A stretch of 64,000 nt of DNA from the human T2T-CHM13v2.0 reference genome, Homo sapiens. This document shows positions 37,623-53,536 of this stretch, one piece after another. Position 1 is the stretch's first letter, and every line of letters starts with the position of its first letter. The DNA lies in assembly GCF_009914755.1 (NCBI RefSeq), contig NC_060930.1; one strand, 5' to 3'. The notes beneath the pieces are model-generated. The model did no database searches, was not told the origin of the DNA, and saw only the letters and a program-made list of their open reading frames with translations. Made by a program: the position numbers and the translations under genes.

Positions 37623-38859
37623 TGAGAAATAATTTTTGAGGATACCCATAACTTAACACTATATTACTCGAAATCCTGGAAGTCCAGAGTTGTATTTTAG
37701 GTTCCATTGCTCTTCCAAAACACCTAACACAACAGGGTTTTGCAATAAGAACTCAGAAATATTTGCTGATTTGAAACAAATTCAATGCCAAGAAGTAGAG
37801 AGATGTATTCTCTACACACAAAAGGAGAAAATCATGTGGGTCTTTTTTTATAAAATTGTTTTTCAGTGAATCCATTAAATAATTGGAAATAAAGAAATCC
37901 AGACTCTAAGATATATAGCATGGCCCCATTTAAATGATGCTAAATTAGCTGAAACTTAGGTACTGTAGCTCCCTCAGGACTTTCAAAGAGTTTTGGCTTG
38001 AATACAAGGCTCACAAAATACTATTAGCTGGGGACCTAGGGCATGTTTTCCAAAGGGCTGCTTGGTCCCTATTCATGTAAAACTTTGTTTATCCAGAAGT
38101 CTCATAATGTACATTGCTCGACTCTGTCCACCTTTCTAGCAACCATGACAGAGAAATCTACCTAACTAGTCTTAGTTAACACAATTATAACTTAAATATT
38201 AGTAAACTGTATTTTTCCATTAACCAAACAGTCCAGAATATCACATTTATATACAGAACATCTTTATGGTAAAAATTTGAACTGAACTGTGCCATTTCTG
38301 CTTCGTTTCTTGTCGTAACTATTTCCAACTAAGAAATTCACACACTCCAATCAAAATATTTTTCCTAACAATGGATATTTGTAAGCTTTTATTCCACAAT
38401 ATGAATGAATCCATTAGTTAATTGTAAATTTTACCCTGAAGAAAGGTATCAAGAAAAAGACTTTTATGTATATTTTGGTTTCTCAGAGATATTTTGATAG
38501 GATAGACATTGGTTTTAAAAGGGAATCACTTTGTTTCATGAAAATCTTCCATCCTTTATAGTCAAAGGTGAACATAGCATAGATTCACCAAATAATCTAC
38601 TTCAGTGTGAAATACTTTGGTAGAATATTTGCTGCAGGAAGTTTTAGCAGGTTTAAAGACTCTTATGTCACGAATGTTCTTCTCATTTTATGTCACTCAG
38701 GTATTATGATCAGCATGAAATTTGTGTGTGTTTTTATTAACATATAACTATTATGCATATATAGTATGCAACTGTTGGTTGCCAGCACAAGGGCCATTTT
38801 CCTCATTTTTCTTAACCAACACCATTCTGATTTTTTTCAGATATTTGACAATACTGCAT

Positions 38860-39300
38860 TCAGGGAAGATGCACCCCTTGTCTAAATTTAGGGGATAAAC
38901 CATGACTGTTTTAAGCCAATCCTTGCAATTCATCCTCCTTTGTCAGTGAATGTTCAGGGGGAAAATATGTGATTCATTTCCGGATAATGAGACACAAAGT
39001 AAGTAGGTTATAGGATTTCTAGGGAAATACCTCCTCCCTGATAACAAGAGAGATGTGCAAGGATTAATGTCCTTTTTATTCTTGCTTTGGAGGCAATACT
39101 GAGAGGAAATGATTGAAACTGCTGCTACCAGCTTATGACCGTGAGAGGAAACCAAATTCTCCCTGAGCATTTGACTTCATTAAGCTGCTGAATTAACCAA
39201 CCATGAAGTCCTCTACATTTGGACTTCTTGTTATGTGAGCCAAACACAAATTGATCTTTACTTATTTCACTATTTGCACCCCAAAACATCTTAACTGATA
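38860..39300 (+). mobile_element. MLT1K/J-like MaLR LTR
   Basis: CCATGACTGTTTTAAGCCAATC...ACTGCTGCTACCAGCTTATGACC...GGACTTCTTGTTATGTGAG...CATCTTAACTGATA. Confidence 0.7.
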
Positions 39301-39439
39301 GAACATTAGCCATGTGTATCATTTAAGGGGCTAGTTTTATGCACTTACTTTATTCATCTATACTTGATGGAATTTTGTTTCCATAATTGTTAGCAATGGC
39401 AACTGTGAATAATGTTTAATATCTTGTGAAGACTTTTTA

Positions 39440-39610
39440 TGTTTATATTTTTATGAAGTAGGCAATATTGTCTCCCTTTTACTGATGCCAAAAGAGGGGC
39501 TTACAGAGTAAGTACATCAAAGTTACACAGCTGGTCAGTGCTAGAGCTAAGATTTGCTTCTAGATGTGTTTAACTTCAAAGAGTGTGCTTTTAGTTACCA
39601 TGCTGTACTT
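39440..39610 (-). mobile_element. MIR
   Basis: ATGAAGTAGGCAATATTGTCTCCCTTTTACTGATG...AAAGTTACACAGCTGGTCAGTGCTAGAGC. Confidence 0.7.
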
Positions 39611-41606
39611 CCTCTCTACTGGGCAGTGATGCTGCATAGTATCATCTCACCCTTTCAGGTCTTTGTGTTCTTAATGCACTTCTCTTAGCTATCACTTTTT
39701 AATGTTTCCCTAAATCTTGTTTTCACCCATTATATTTAGAATTTTCTCAAGTAAACAGTGAAGTTGAAATAATTTTATAGTGAATTTACATACTCACCAC
39801 CTAGACTCTGCCATTAACATTTTACTATACTTGTCCAATCAAATATTTTGTGATGTTTTACTGTCAACCCAATCATGCCTTTTAAAACATTTTCTTCTTT
39901 AGTTTTTAGCCGATTTCTAACATAGGCTATATCTGCACATTTTCATTTACAGTGGAGTTGATGATCCCTTGCACGCTCATTTAGTTTTCTAAGATCCAAG
40001 TGTTTTAAGTAGTTATTTGCATATAAATGATAACTTCTCTTTAGTATTTCGCTTCATGTTAGAATAATGTAATGGTGCAATGCTAGCATTAATGATTTAA
40101 AATAGTCATTATTATAACCAGGCCAGGTCTGAATTTGTGAGGTTCAGTATAGAAAGGGGATATGTGATGTCACTATAATAGACTCAGATTGTCTTTCATT
40201 TACGATTATGTTTACACAATGGTTAATAATTGTGTCATTACATACTTACTGAAACAGACAAAAGGCTTATAACATTCCTAAAGTAGTTCTAGTTCAGAGC
40301 ACTCATGCCTATTTTTTCTAATTTTAAGAGTTTAAAGAGGTTACTCTCTTGATTCGCCAGCAAGAAAGTTGTGTTTTTGTGTGAGTGTGTGGGTGTGTGT
40401 GAGTGATGCCACAGTTCTTTGTCTGAGACTCCCCTGTGCCCTCTGCAATATGTTTCTGTTTCTGAACTTCTGGCCAGACGTACTTAGGCCAACAGAATAA
40501 TTCAGCAAAGTTCTTTAATTCAGTTCTAACAGTCCAATTGGGAAATGTAAAAGAAACCAGGTTTGTAGCTTGGGTCTCCAGCCTCCCCTTTCTATTTCCA
40601 TAGCTTCTAGTTTTTTGGTTGCTCATAACTAAAAGCCTTAGGGTGGGCAAGTGGTGATATTTTAAAACTTATTTTTATCTCCCTATCTTCATTCATATAA
40701 ACAAATAGTGATAAGGCTCTTTTATTTTCTAGGCTTAAATATTCCATGTAATAAAGGAAAACGAATGTCTATACCAACTCTTTGATGCACAAGATATTAT
40801 TATCTGGCTTTTAAAGTTTATTATTTGCTGTCTTTTCTCCTAAGGGAAAGCAATGCCTTGTTTTATTGTTCTGTGGTTTCTTTCCTTAATATTAATATTC
40901 TTCGCATTCTTATTGTCCACATAATACAAATATTTTATTATCATTCTCTCTCCTTGCAATGCATTTGCTGATCAATTACATGGTTATCACTTATTTTTCA
41001 TTTTTTTAAACAAATATTTGTTGAACTCTTTTTTTGGGCAAGACACAGTCTGGGACATAGAGATAAAGCTGCCATTAATCCTGTCTTCAAGCAGCTTATA
41101 CCTAATAATATGCATAACTCCTTTCTATTTTATCTCCTTCTTTTATTTAATTCAAAATAGAATTAGTAAAATATATTTGGTAGTAACAGATACTTTTATA
41201 AAGTTGTGGTTTCCTATCCTTTTTCTCCCCCATAATTGGATGGCTTTTTTTTCCCTCTCAACTATTTGATCTGTGTGTGGAAATGGTATTACATATTACA
41301 TGCTACCTTTAAAAATCAAAAACTTGAATAATTCAAGAAACAAGAGCCAACTTGCAGTAAGTCCTGCAAAAGTAAAGTTTTTAAAGTAACGTTGCTTTGG
41401 TGCTTCAAAACCTGCCTGAGGAATGGGACCTGAGATTATCTCATACAGTCAAGGCCGGTAAACATGCTCACACCGTTAGAAAGTGAGAGTCACGTATTAT
41501 AATGAATACCCATAGTATCGTCCATATTTCCTTTACTCCAAAGAAGCGATTCTGCTTGGTGTCATGGGAAGAGCATAGGCTTGTAGTTGTTCAGAAATTG
41601 GTTTGA

Positions 41607-41990
<384 letters not shown>

Positions 41991-44900
41991 TGTCTTCTCC
42001 AGTTTTATCCAGGGCTGGCTCCTCCTCCTCCTTCGGATGTTTGTTCAAATGTCTCTTCTTTAGTCAGGCCTCTCCTGTCCTCACTCTGTCCTCTTTGTCC
42101 CTTACCCATCTCTGATTCTCCATCTCACTGATAAATACTATGAGGAAGATGAGCCCAGTGAAGTGAGTGTAGCAGGATGGGGAATCACTGGGCTTGTTAT
42201 TTGGCATCTGTCTCTCCCAGTGGAATGTGGCCTCCATGGAAGCAGGGGCCTTTCTTTTCCCATTCACTGCAATTTCCCCAGGATCCATCTACAACAGTGC
42301 CTGGCACACATGAACTGGGCTCTCAAAATAACTGTTATTATTTTTAACCTCATGCCCAGGGATAGACTCTGCCCTCCTACTTTACAAAACAGTACAGTAC
42401 CTCAGTTTCTCATGTTTTATCACAGGGCAGACTCGGAGTGATGTGATAATATACAATGCCTTAGTGCTTAGACAACTGTTTTGTTAGGTTTAGCTGATTA
42501 ACTATTTCACTGGGATGGAGCCAATGAGTATAATAATACTGGCAGGTGTTTATTAATATTACAACCTTATTTCCTCCTGCTGTTCAGGATCGCTAGCTTC
42601 TAAACAGGCAGACACCTGAGCCTTTTGTGTGCCACATGACAGTCTTGTATTTTTTTCACAGGTGTTAAAACAAAACAGGGATCAGCAGATTTTGTAATCT
42701 TGTGTGCTATGAGCCAAGCAGAAGCTGTGCAGCTTGTTTTCATGGCACAGTTCACAGTGGCCAGACAGGAATTAAGTAGGACATCACCAGGGGCACAACA
42801 TACTTCTATTTATTTAATTAGGCCTGTGACCAAAGATTTGTTTAAAGTGAGTGGTGGAGTGATAGCAGGTAATTTTTTGAAATATTCCACATCTTCAGTT
42901 TTGCATTAGTTGTATCAGAAAATGTTCAGGAGTTAAAATAATTATATTCTTCATGATATTCAACATAATTTGTTAATGAAACCAGATTTCAAGTATTGAA
43001 AAACTTACAGTGGCATAGGCTTCCAGTGGTTACTCCTGCCATTTTCCTTAAGAAACTTATCTTTCAGACTGCTCGTTATGTAAGTTGTGCATTCAACAAT
43101 TAGCATAAAACTCTTGCTATTTGTTTGATTTCCTTTGGCTCATTTCTTTTAGACTGAGAGAGATTCTAATATATGCTAGTGTTTTAAATGCTAAAGAAAT
43201 TCTAAAATTATTTTTAACCCTTGTATAGGCACTTCTTACAAAACCTGAAAATGTTGTGCAGCATTTGACATGACATAGAATGAGAAGTAGTAATTTATAG
43301 AGCTCTCACCATCCTTCATGTGTTACTCCAGGTGCTTTCTCAAGTACATATATAAATATGCTATATAATATCACTCTTTCTGTATATATGTAAAAACATA
43401 TATTACTCTATCTTTACCATAATCTAGTGCAATACATTGCAAGTGATTAAAGTGAGTCCCTGAGAAGTACAGTAATTTGCTCAGAGTTGCACAGTGAATA
43501 AACAGTAGCACCAGTATATAAAATACTTTGTTCAACTCCCAGGTCCCTACCATTTCCATGGTACTAGGGTAATTTTCATAAGATTAAAAACATCAAAATT
43601 CCTTTAAATAAAGCATTTGAATGTAAATGCTGAAACAAATGAGAGCAAGGCAGATTTATGTAATAATGTGAGGTTCAAAATGCAATCACAACTAGGGTTA
43701 AAAAGAATGGTTCATGGAGCCAAAGAGAGACATTTCAATGAGTCCAGGCAAGGCCAAGACAACTTGATGCTTCATGATGGTGGTTGTATTACTGGCAATT
43801 TTGTGAAATTTTCTTTGAGGCTGCATCAAATCACAATTTGAAAACAGAGTCCAAGTTTTGATTCACTTTTTCAAATCTAGAGAAATCTGGACACACAAAA
43901 AGGTTCTGGGGGCCTCTCCAAGGAGATGCTATGAAAGGAAGGATACAATGCCCACTTTTCCTACTGTCCATCAACGTTCCAGTGTTCTGGAAGCACAAGA
44001 CCTGATAAAGAGCAAATCAGCTAACAGTAGCAATAGCAGAATAGGGTTGGTTCACTTCCCTGCTGTTTGTCTCTTGGCCAACTATTCTTTTCCATACTTA
44101 ATCTTACCAGTAAAAGCAAACCCACTCCAGTTCCTCAGAGTCTCTTCATTTTAATCTCACTTTTCTTCTATCTCCCACACAACTACCACCAAAACACGCA
44201 CACGCACATATACCCACACAAATTAGAAACTGAATTAGTTTCTATTCTTTATTAATATTTATCATATTGGAATTTGTATTTTCTCTTTTAATGCAGTAGC
44301 AAGTTTCTTGGGCTTATTATGGATATGGGATGTGAAAATACAGACTGCTTTCTCACTAAGAAAGGACTTTGATCATTAAGAACTGAAGCTGGCTGTCTGA
44401 ATTGAATGAGAGTAGGAGTGGGATAATGCTCTCAGACATTTCTTCTGCAATTATACATTTATGCTTGACCAGGTTCTGCTATGATAACTTTATTTTTGAA
44501 ATGATGCATTTTCCTTACACAAATAATATCCAAATCCTGAAAAATTCTTGGGAAATTATGACTTCCAGGACTAGAATTGAAACAATGCCAACCTGAAAGT
44601 TTTATAAATTGGGCTCAAAGTGTGAAATCCTTCCAGCTGTTAAATGCATCCCATATCAAATTTATTCACAGTTCTTCAGAATATTTCCTTCTGTCTGAAG
44701 ACTCCTGCAAATATATATGCCTAGAAGCTAGGAGGTAAACATTCTTTTAAATCCTCTAAAGACTATGCGGAAAGCAAATAGAAAAATTATGTGTATACAG
44801 GTCATATTTTTAGATGGTTTTGTAAGCATTTTTCTGTGTGGCTTTCTTAGGCTCAGAATAGCTCTTCTAATACAAAATGAACTATGAGCTATAATCTGCC

Positions 44901-46221
44901 CATTTTATAATTTTGAAAGCTTTAGGCAATTGCATATAAGAAACTGTGGATTGCAGTCTTTTTTTAGTAGTCGTTGCTTCCAAAGACTGACACATTTCCC
45001 TGCTGATACAACAGCTGTATGAGTCCCTGGAAGCAAGGCATGCTCTCTTGACTTCCCCTTCAGCCTTAACCAATTTATTCTGCATAGAGCCTGGTCACAT
45101 CCTCTAGCTTACAGAATGTAGCTGATTCGTAGTCCAAATTCCCAAACTCTGTTTACTATTGAAGAATTCAAATTCTAATTTGTGTTGGTGAGAAGTATAA
45201 GATTTATTTTGTAAGCTTTAAAACCTTTGACTTTCTGATCATCATTTTATATCCATGCAGGCTTCAGTAGCAGAATATCCCTAGGGAAGCAAGTACTTCT
45301 CCAGAAAAATGTAAGGTAAATTTTTTCTGCCTTACCAGATGCAAGAGAGGAAAGTATAGTGAATGGAAGATTGCCTTGATACCTGATCTGTGGATATTTT
45401 CCCAGCCTGTTTTGTGAGTCTGTCAAATCCATAGACCTTAAGACATACAATTCCTTAAGATTATTAACTGATTCCAGCTAGTATTTATTTTCATTCAATT
45501 CACAACTATTGTGAATATGTAAAACATTAATATCAAAAAATCTATGTGAAAGACTATGTAAGTTATTAAAATAATTTTATTGGCATCTCAAATCCTTATT
45601 TATTTATTTTTATAGGTGGCATCCCAGTTTTGCGACTTCTTGAAATCTTCCTTTTGCCTCCTGTTGCACCTTAATGGCCATTAGGAAATGGCCGTCATTG
45701 TATCAGGGGAGGTGCCAAGACCAGTCCTTTGCTAGTTTCTGGAGGATATTGCATTCTGGCTATAAAAGTAAAATGCTCATAATATTTATTTATGATTACA
45801 AACAAAAACAATCATTCATGGCTTTTACCAACATTAATATTTTAACATATCACTTGCTATTCTCATGTTCTATTCATTTTTAAAACAGAAATTTTGCTAC
45901 ATGCAACAATTATGGGAAATGGTCTTATAAATATGAAAGTTTGAAACAATGAACAGAATTAACACATATAATTTAGAGTTTGAGTGTCATTTAATACTTT
46001 TTTATTAATCCAGGAGGCAAGTCTGTTCACAGTATAGTCACAGAGGTTGTCATATGGTAATAATAGATCTATAACATTAAGAAAACTATAAGAGATGTCC
46101 ATTAAAAATATCTCCTTATATGTATTTTTACAACACATCATCAGCTTGTTTATGAACAAGGACACAAATCAAAATAATGACAGATTGCCCAGATTAGGTT
46201 AATCTGTACTTGATAATAGAA

Positions 46222-46370
46222 TGTCTTTCATTTATTCATCATTCATTCATTTATTCATTCAACAAATGTTACTTAAATGTTCATGCTGTGTCAGGGACTA
46301 TGCTAGGAGCTTAAAATACATCAGTGAATAAAATCCTCCATCATTGTTCTTGGGGAATTTACCTTCTAAT
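46222..46370 (-). mobile_element. L2 3' end
   Basis: (TTCA)n followed by ACAAATGTTACTTAAATG...TGTGTCAGGGACTATGCTAGG. Confidence 0.75.
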
Positions 46371-46881
46371 GAATTCTTCATTTTTATTCCCCAAGCTAGT
46401 TTAAATAATAGAAATTTTCATTAGCTTTTCAGTAATTCTGAGTCCAAGAGGCACAAGGTACAAGACATCTAGTCCAAGAAGCACTGGTTCCACCAATGTC
46501 ATATAGCAAGCTAATAATTCTCCCTGGATGGCTGCCTTTTGTTTTACTTTAAAAGTTATCAATTGAAAATTTATTTTAGGAGATAATTTTACATAAGTAT
46601 GGCCCATTGACTGGAATATTGCTTTTTGAATAATGACACTGATGTATTACAGAAGCTAAAAACTGAAAAATCCACTAATTTTCTGTTTGGTCTTTTAAGT
46701 AGACTCTGTGGCTACTGAACTCTGCTTTCAACTGGGAGGTGGTTCACAGATAAGGCTTCCATTGGAAACATCACATAATGGATTTTCTCCCCAAGTATGT
46801 TGCCTATCACTAGGCCTGTCAAAGGTGGATGCACATAGACCAAATCCAGTGGAGTGACTTTTTCCTTTGTAATTTACCTTC

Positions 46882-47468
46882 TGTGGAAGGTAGGTAGGAT
46901 GTCCTCCAATGATGCCCACATCCTAATTCATGGAACCTATGACTATGTTATGTTACACAACAAAATGGACTTTGTGATGTAATTAAGAAGAGAGACAATC
47001 CTAATCACACAAGACCTTAAAAGCTGAGAACTTCCTCCTGCTGGGGACAGGACAGATGAGGCAGAAGGGGAGGTTAGGGAGGTTTGAAGAGTGAGAAGAA
47101 CTTCTGCAGTGGCTGACTTGGAAGATGAAGGAGGTTATGAACCAGGGAATGGGGGCAGCCTCTAGAGGCTGAGAACCTGCTGACACCTACCCACAACCGC
47201 TAAGGAAATGAAGACTTTAATTCCACAACTGCATGCAACTAAACTCAGCCAACAACCTGAATAAGTCGGAAAAAGGCTTCTCCAGAGCCTCCAGATAAGA
47301 GGCCAGGCTGGCGACACCTTGATTTTGACCTTGTGAGACCTAGAGCAGAGAAACTAGCCAAGATCACTCAGACTTCTGATCTACAGAACTGTGAGACCGT
47401 AAATTTATGTTGTATTAAGCCACTAATTGCGTGGGAATTTGTTACAGGAGCAATAGAAAATGAATACA
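46882..47468 (+). mobile_element. MLT1D/E-like MaLR solo LTR
   Basis: TGTGG start and GCAATAGAAAATGAATACA end. Perfect 5-bp TSD CCTTC at 46877-46881 and 47469-47473. Confidence 0.9.
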
Positions 47469-49824
47469 CCTTCTGATGTAGTTTAATCAGTTGACATTAG
47501 GTAAGTCTTCAGTCATGTTTCTTTTCAGAAATAAATACACAAATTATCATATCCTGGGGGTTTGTGTATTAACATGTTACATTATGTCAGTAAGTGATAT
47601 TTCTGATAATTTGGCACTTACATATGTGCCTGTATTTCCTAAGTGTTTTATTAAACATTCCTTATTCATTAAGTGTTGACCCTGGTTAAAATATATATAA
47701 TACTTGAAAGTGCTGCTGTTTGGTGTTCTTTCTGTGCCAGACTCCTCCCGTTTGTAATATGGAGATTTATTTACAATGGCGAGAGCTGCTATGGGGCCAT
47801 CCATAATAACACAGAAGTCTTGGCCGACAAACACCAGAAGGAGCTGTCTGGAAGGTTTGAATAAATAAACCTGGGTGGGAAGTATACAGTTATTGTGCAT
47901 CACCAATGAATGAATCAGGTTGAGTTCCATCCTCTTCACCTAAAACTTCCTTAAGTGAGTGACAAGCGTAGTATAAATCAGAAAACCGAGCCATCAAGAA
48001 GCTTGCCTTGACCAACGACTCAAATCACATCAAGCAGAACCAGAAGAGAACTTTACACCTGTATCTTCAGCCCCACAGTAAAACCCAATGACACGATGAA
48101 TGCCATTTAATCTGTGTGATTTCACCATGAAATCTAAACCATCATTTGAAAGGCTGCTGAATGTGGTACCAGTGACACACTTTGTGCCTAACTCTCTTAA
48201 CTTTTTGCTCATTTGATTGCCATACAACTCTAGAAATCTGATTTTAAAACAATTACCTTAGGTTCCAGGGAATAATTACTTTAATGATCTTTTAAATATT
48301 TTCCCCCTAAGAGTTGACCTTGCTGTAAATTCTTTATTGCCTATTTATATGGTGATAGGGGATTAGGCAGGCACTGTTCTTGAGTCTTTACTGAGCTAAA
48401 GGAAAGTGGCCAATAGATGGCCTAAAAGAATCATGGGGAAATGTTTAAGGGGGAATTGAAAATTCAGTATTTTCACAAGCTACAAAAACATCCAAAGTCA
48501 ATGATAAAAACAGATGTATTATGGCAAATTAGCAGTAGAGGGAAACAGAAAATGTCGTTTTCTGAATGAGGACTTAGAGTGGGAAGCTGTCCTTTAACTA
48601 TTATATATATTTTAAAATAATTTTATTGATATACGAAAACTAATTTAGAAACCACATTAATAAATTAATAAAATTATTAAAATGATGGTACTCCATGAAT
48701 TTTTAACAAGAATATTCCCTATGTTACACTTACAAGAAATCTTTTTTGATAACGTAAAGTCATAATTTGCAAAATATTTGGCACTCTTGTTTGCTTTCTG
48801 CTTCACTATCTTTGAGTCTGTGACAGGTAGCTGATGGTAAACCTCATAGGATTTGGAGTTATATTTGAAGACACTATCCAAGATATTTATTTGAACTTAC
48901 ACAAAAAGGCTATTTTCACCCTTAATATTAAAAAGCTGAGATGCATCCCAGGAGGCAAATATCACTCATGTACCTGGAAGCTTTTACTAAATGTAAGTTA
49001 CTATGGCAAAGGAGTAAGAAGAGGGCACTATTCATTTACAGAATACAAAAGATATTGAATCTGAGAAATTCAAGGGGCTATGCCCATCGTATAGCTGAAG
49101 ACAACAAGTAGAGAGTTTGGGTGATGGAAAATGAAAATATGTTATTATAATATGCTAACATTCCATTCCATCTCCAGTCTGCAAGCATTTCTTGAGCACT
49201 CGCTTTCTGCTACGCCCTGGGAAAATGCTAATCTATTTAGCACTTTTCCATTTACAAAGCTTTTACAAAGCCATATACTTTGGCTTATTTGACACACTCA
49301 TAAACACTTGGAAGTGGAAAAGGTATTATTAATAATACCATTTAAACAAAGAGAAGACGTGTCCATGTAAATGGCAGAGATGGAAATCATAAGGACAAAG
49401 TGTGAACCAAAACCAAAAAAAAGTAGATTATTCACCACGTATAAGACCCAAAGAAGCATAGCGTGACGTGTTGAGGAATCATAAACCAATAAATGGTGAA
49501 TAGACTTTGAAATAGCGATCAATCTTCTAAATTATATAACATTTAACCACAATGAATGCACAAGGCTTTTATGGGACAATCTTTAAAGCCTCCTCAATTA
49601 AATAAAACAATGCTTGAAAAAAATAAAATTGTATGATACATTTGTGAATGGCAAAGCTTAACACTTCAAAGACACAAATTCTTACCAAATTAATCCAAGA
49701 ATTCAATACAATTCCAATAGACATTTCACCAGGATATTTTGAAGAATTTGACAAACTTACTCTGAAATTTAGGGGCCAAGAATCACTAAATCAGTCTTGA
49801 AAAGAAGATTCAGTCTTGAATCCC

Positions 49825-50246
49825 CATGTGGATTCACCATATTGGTAACAAAGGGGTGCCCCTCTCCATCTCTAATGCAGCAAGCATGAGTGGGCCAGTC
49901 CCTAGGTGCTGCACTCTGAAATGCTTTACCATGTTGGTGCATTTGTGCCTGAGAATAGGCTTGCTCCTACTCAAGCATTAAGCATGGTGGGAATAGTAGG
50001 GTAAGCCCAATACTGGAGGACATGAAAGGCTTCTAATAGGCAGCTTTGGCTCCAGGACTCTCCAACAACCTTAACAAACTCTCCTTAAAACTGCACAGCA
50101 GCCCAAGAGGGTTTTTGGCAACCTTTCTTCTTTCCTTCCATAGCCTCTCCACTCGAGGTCAGACTGGCATGATGGTCTGATGACTCCCCTAGCTCCCAGC
50201 CCTCTCTCCATCTTTGTGTCTGCTTCTTATAGGACTCAGACTTAAC
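49825..50246 (+). mobile_element. LTR16C-like ERVL solo LTR
   Basis: AAACTCTCCTTAAAACTGCACAGCAG...GTCAGACTGGCATGATGGTCTGA...TGTCTGCTTCTTATAGGACTCAGACTTAACA. Confidence 0.7.
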
Positions 50247-50420
50247 AATTATTTTAAAAAATAATCACTGAGGCACTAGCACAGAAACAAACAGACTCAA
50301 AAAGTAGAATGGATAGCCCAGAAATTATATCTGTTTATTGTACTTGATATATAATAAAAGATGATACCACAAATTAGTGGGGAAAAATAGATTGCTAATT
50401 GAATGTGTTGAGGGAAATTA

Positions 50421-50496
50421 CTGTTAGTGTCTTGTAAAGGTCTTAACAAGTGGTTAAACTTTGGTATGAGGGATGAGAAGTCCATAGGAGGAAAAG
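50421..50496 (+). repeat. 76-bp dispersed direct repeat, copy 1
   Basis: 72/76 identical to 56542-56617. Confidence 0.95.
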
Positions 50497-51649
50497 TAAG
50501 ATTAGGTGCCTTCCTCATATTGCATACAAAAATAAATTTCAAATTAAATAAAAAACTAAATGTGAAAGGAAAAATTGTGATTCTGTGGTGGGAAAGGCTT
50601 TTACAAAAATTGCCCCCAGAGTCTCAATCATAAGAAAATAATTGATGCATTAAAATTGAGGATTAAATACATAGGTGACAGAATTGGTAAATATAATGAT
50701 AATACATGTGAAAAGAGATCAATATCAGAATGTATAAGAAACTTCTGCAAATTAAAATAAAAAAGGAAGGAAGCGAGAGAGAGAAAGGAAGGAAGGGAGG
50801 GAGGGAGAAGAAAAAAGAGACTGAGGGAGAGAAAGAATGAAAGAGAATAGGTAAAGTACATGAATTGGAATGTCACAGAAGGGGAAATTCAAACAGCTAA
50901 TTAGGTAAGATTTTACAGCCATCAAATTGAATAAACTAAAAAAAAAAATAATTAAACAACACTAAGTTTTAGTAAGATTATGCAGAAACAGGAACTCTCC
51001 TGCACTGCTGGTTGAAATGTAAGCTAGCCTTCCAGAAAGCAATCTGACAGCACCTAATAAAACCACGTAAACACATACCCTACGATCAGTCAATACCCCT
51101 TTTGAGTATATTTCTCCAGCATACACAGACATGTTTGAAGATACTTACCACAGTAATGTTGGTGGAAGAAGGCAGTTGGAAGCTAGGTAAAGGTCCAAAA
51201 CCTAGGGAAATAGATAAGTGGCAGATGAATTTTAGATAATAATGAATAGTACCAATGTGGCTACATTTTGAAATCATAAGCTTGAGAGAATAAAGTTAGA
51301 AGTAGAATGAGAAGTATTACACAATATCATTTATATGAATTAAGAGCACACACACACACACACACACACAATTGCTCAATAACACTGTATTGTGTGAGGA
51401 TCATTACATAGCCAAAGATATATATTACAACATGAAAGAGGGTGCCCATTGGGGGCTGGAATAGCAGTGGGGATCTGGAGTAAAGCGGAAAAAAATAAAA
51501 CATGAGAAAGTTGTACAGACCAATGCTGATGGATGCCATGGAAGGGCAGCCTTTTTACTTCTCTCTTCCAAAGTCAATTCATATTTCCAATCATAACACA
51601 CAATTCTAGAAATTCAACAAAACCCAAATTTTAATGTTAGAGTGGCTCT

Positions 51650-52462
<813 letters not shown>

Positions 52463-53536
52463 GTGATCCTTTTGAGATAGCAGGGCAAATACTCAGCTGT
52501 ATATTTGGCAAATATTCATGGCATACCTACTATGTGCCCCATACCAACTAAACAATTGGGTATAAGGCAGATAAAATATTAATAAAATACAGTCCTTGGT
52601 CTTAAGAAACTCTCATTTTAGTGGTCAGAAAAGATGTGCACTCATTTAATTAAAACGAAAAATAAAATAAGTGGTTAGAGTTTGAATTTTTGGCACCATA
52701 TTGCTTGAGTTCTGGCTCTATTTCATAGCAGCTGTATAACTTTGGATATATATTTGTTATAGGAGGAAGAATATATATATATACTCATATATATGTATAT
52801 ATATATATACTTGTTATGCGAGGAAGGAAGAAGGAATAAGAGAGGTAGGGAGGGAGAGAAAAAGGGAAGAAAACAGAAAAGCTTACAGAGTTTTTGTTTC
52901 CATTAATGAGTTAGATATAAAAAGCTTAGAACAGCATCTGACACAGTGAGAAATCAATAAATCTCAGCTCAGATAACAGAGGCAACTGTAAGGTCTTATG
53001 GGAGCGTAGAAGCGCAGACAATGGTAGCATTTTATAGATGAAAAAAATGAGACTCAGCAAACAATAGGCTTCTCTGCATTCACACAATTAGTGAGTAACA
53101 GAACCAGGAACGGAAATGAATTAACCCTGATCTGCAGTAGTTGAAAGCACCCTGCTTAGTAAGTAAGGGCCCAGGTATGATCAGGCTGAAGACTAGCCAA
53201 GGACTTTGAGGAGGATGGAAGCTATTTCATGTGGATGCAATGACCTCTACACTATTCCTTCACTATGTAACTTTGATTCTCTAAGTGTTGGCATGATGAT
53301 TATAATAAAAATAAGGCTCATAGTTATGAAAAACTGTAAGGTCAACAATAATTTTCAAAAATATGACCTCAATTAATTCTTAAAAAAACCTATAAATGAC
53401 TTTCATACGAGCCTTCTCAAATCCTTTTCCAGGGAAATCAGTGGATAACAATTTCAGCAGTTCAACAAATGTTTGTAAGTGCTCTGTTTGCCACATTATA
53501 TAAATTTTGCTAAATTGTATAAAAAACTTGTTAAAT

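Larger units (their letters stand above)
49300..51500 (+). mobile_element. Ancient L1M fragments interrupted by an LTR, a 76-bp insertion and simple repeats
   Basis: AATTCTTACCAAATTAATCCAAGAATTCAATACAATTCCAAT, CATACAAAAATAAATTTCAAAT, GGAACTCTCCTGCACTGCTGGTTGAAATGTAA. Confidence 0.75.

Noticed and set aside
47577-47939. 120-aa - strand ORF
   Set aside because: Non-ATG start, no recognisable domain, and a length within chance range for 64 kb over six frames.
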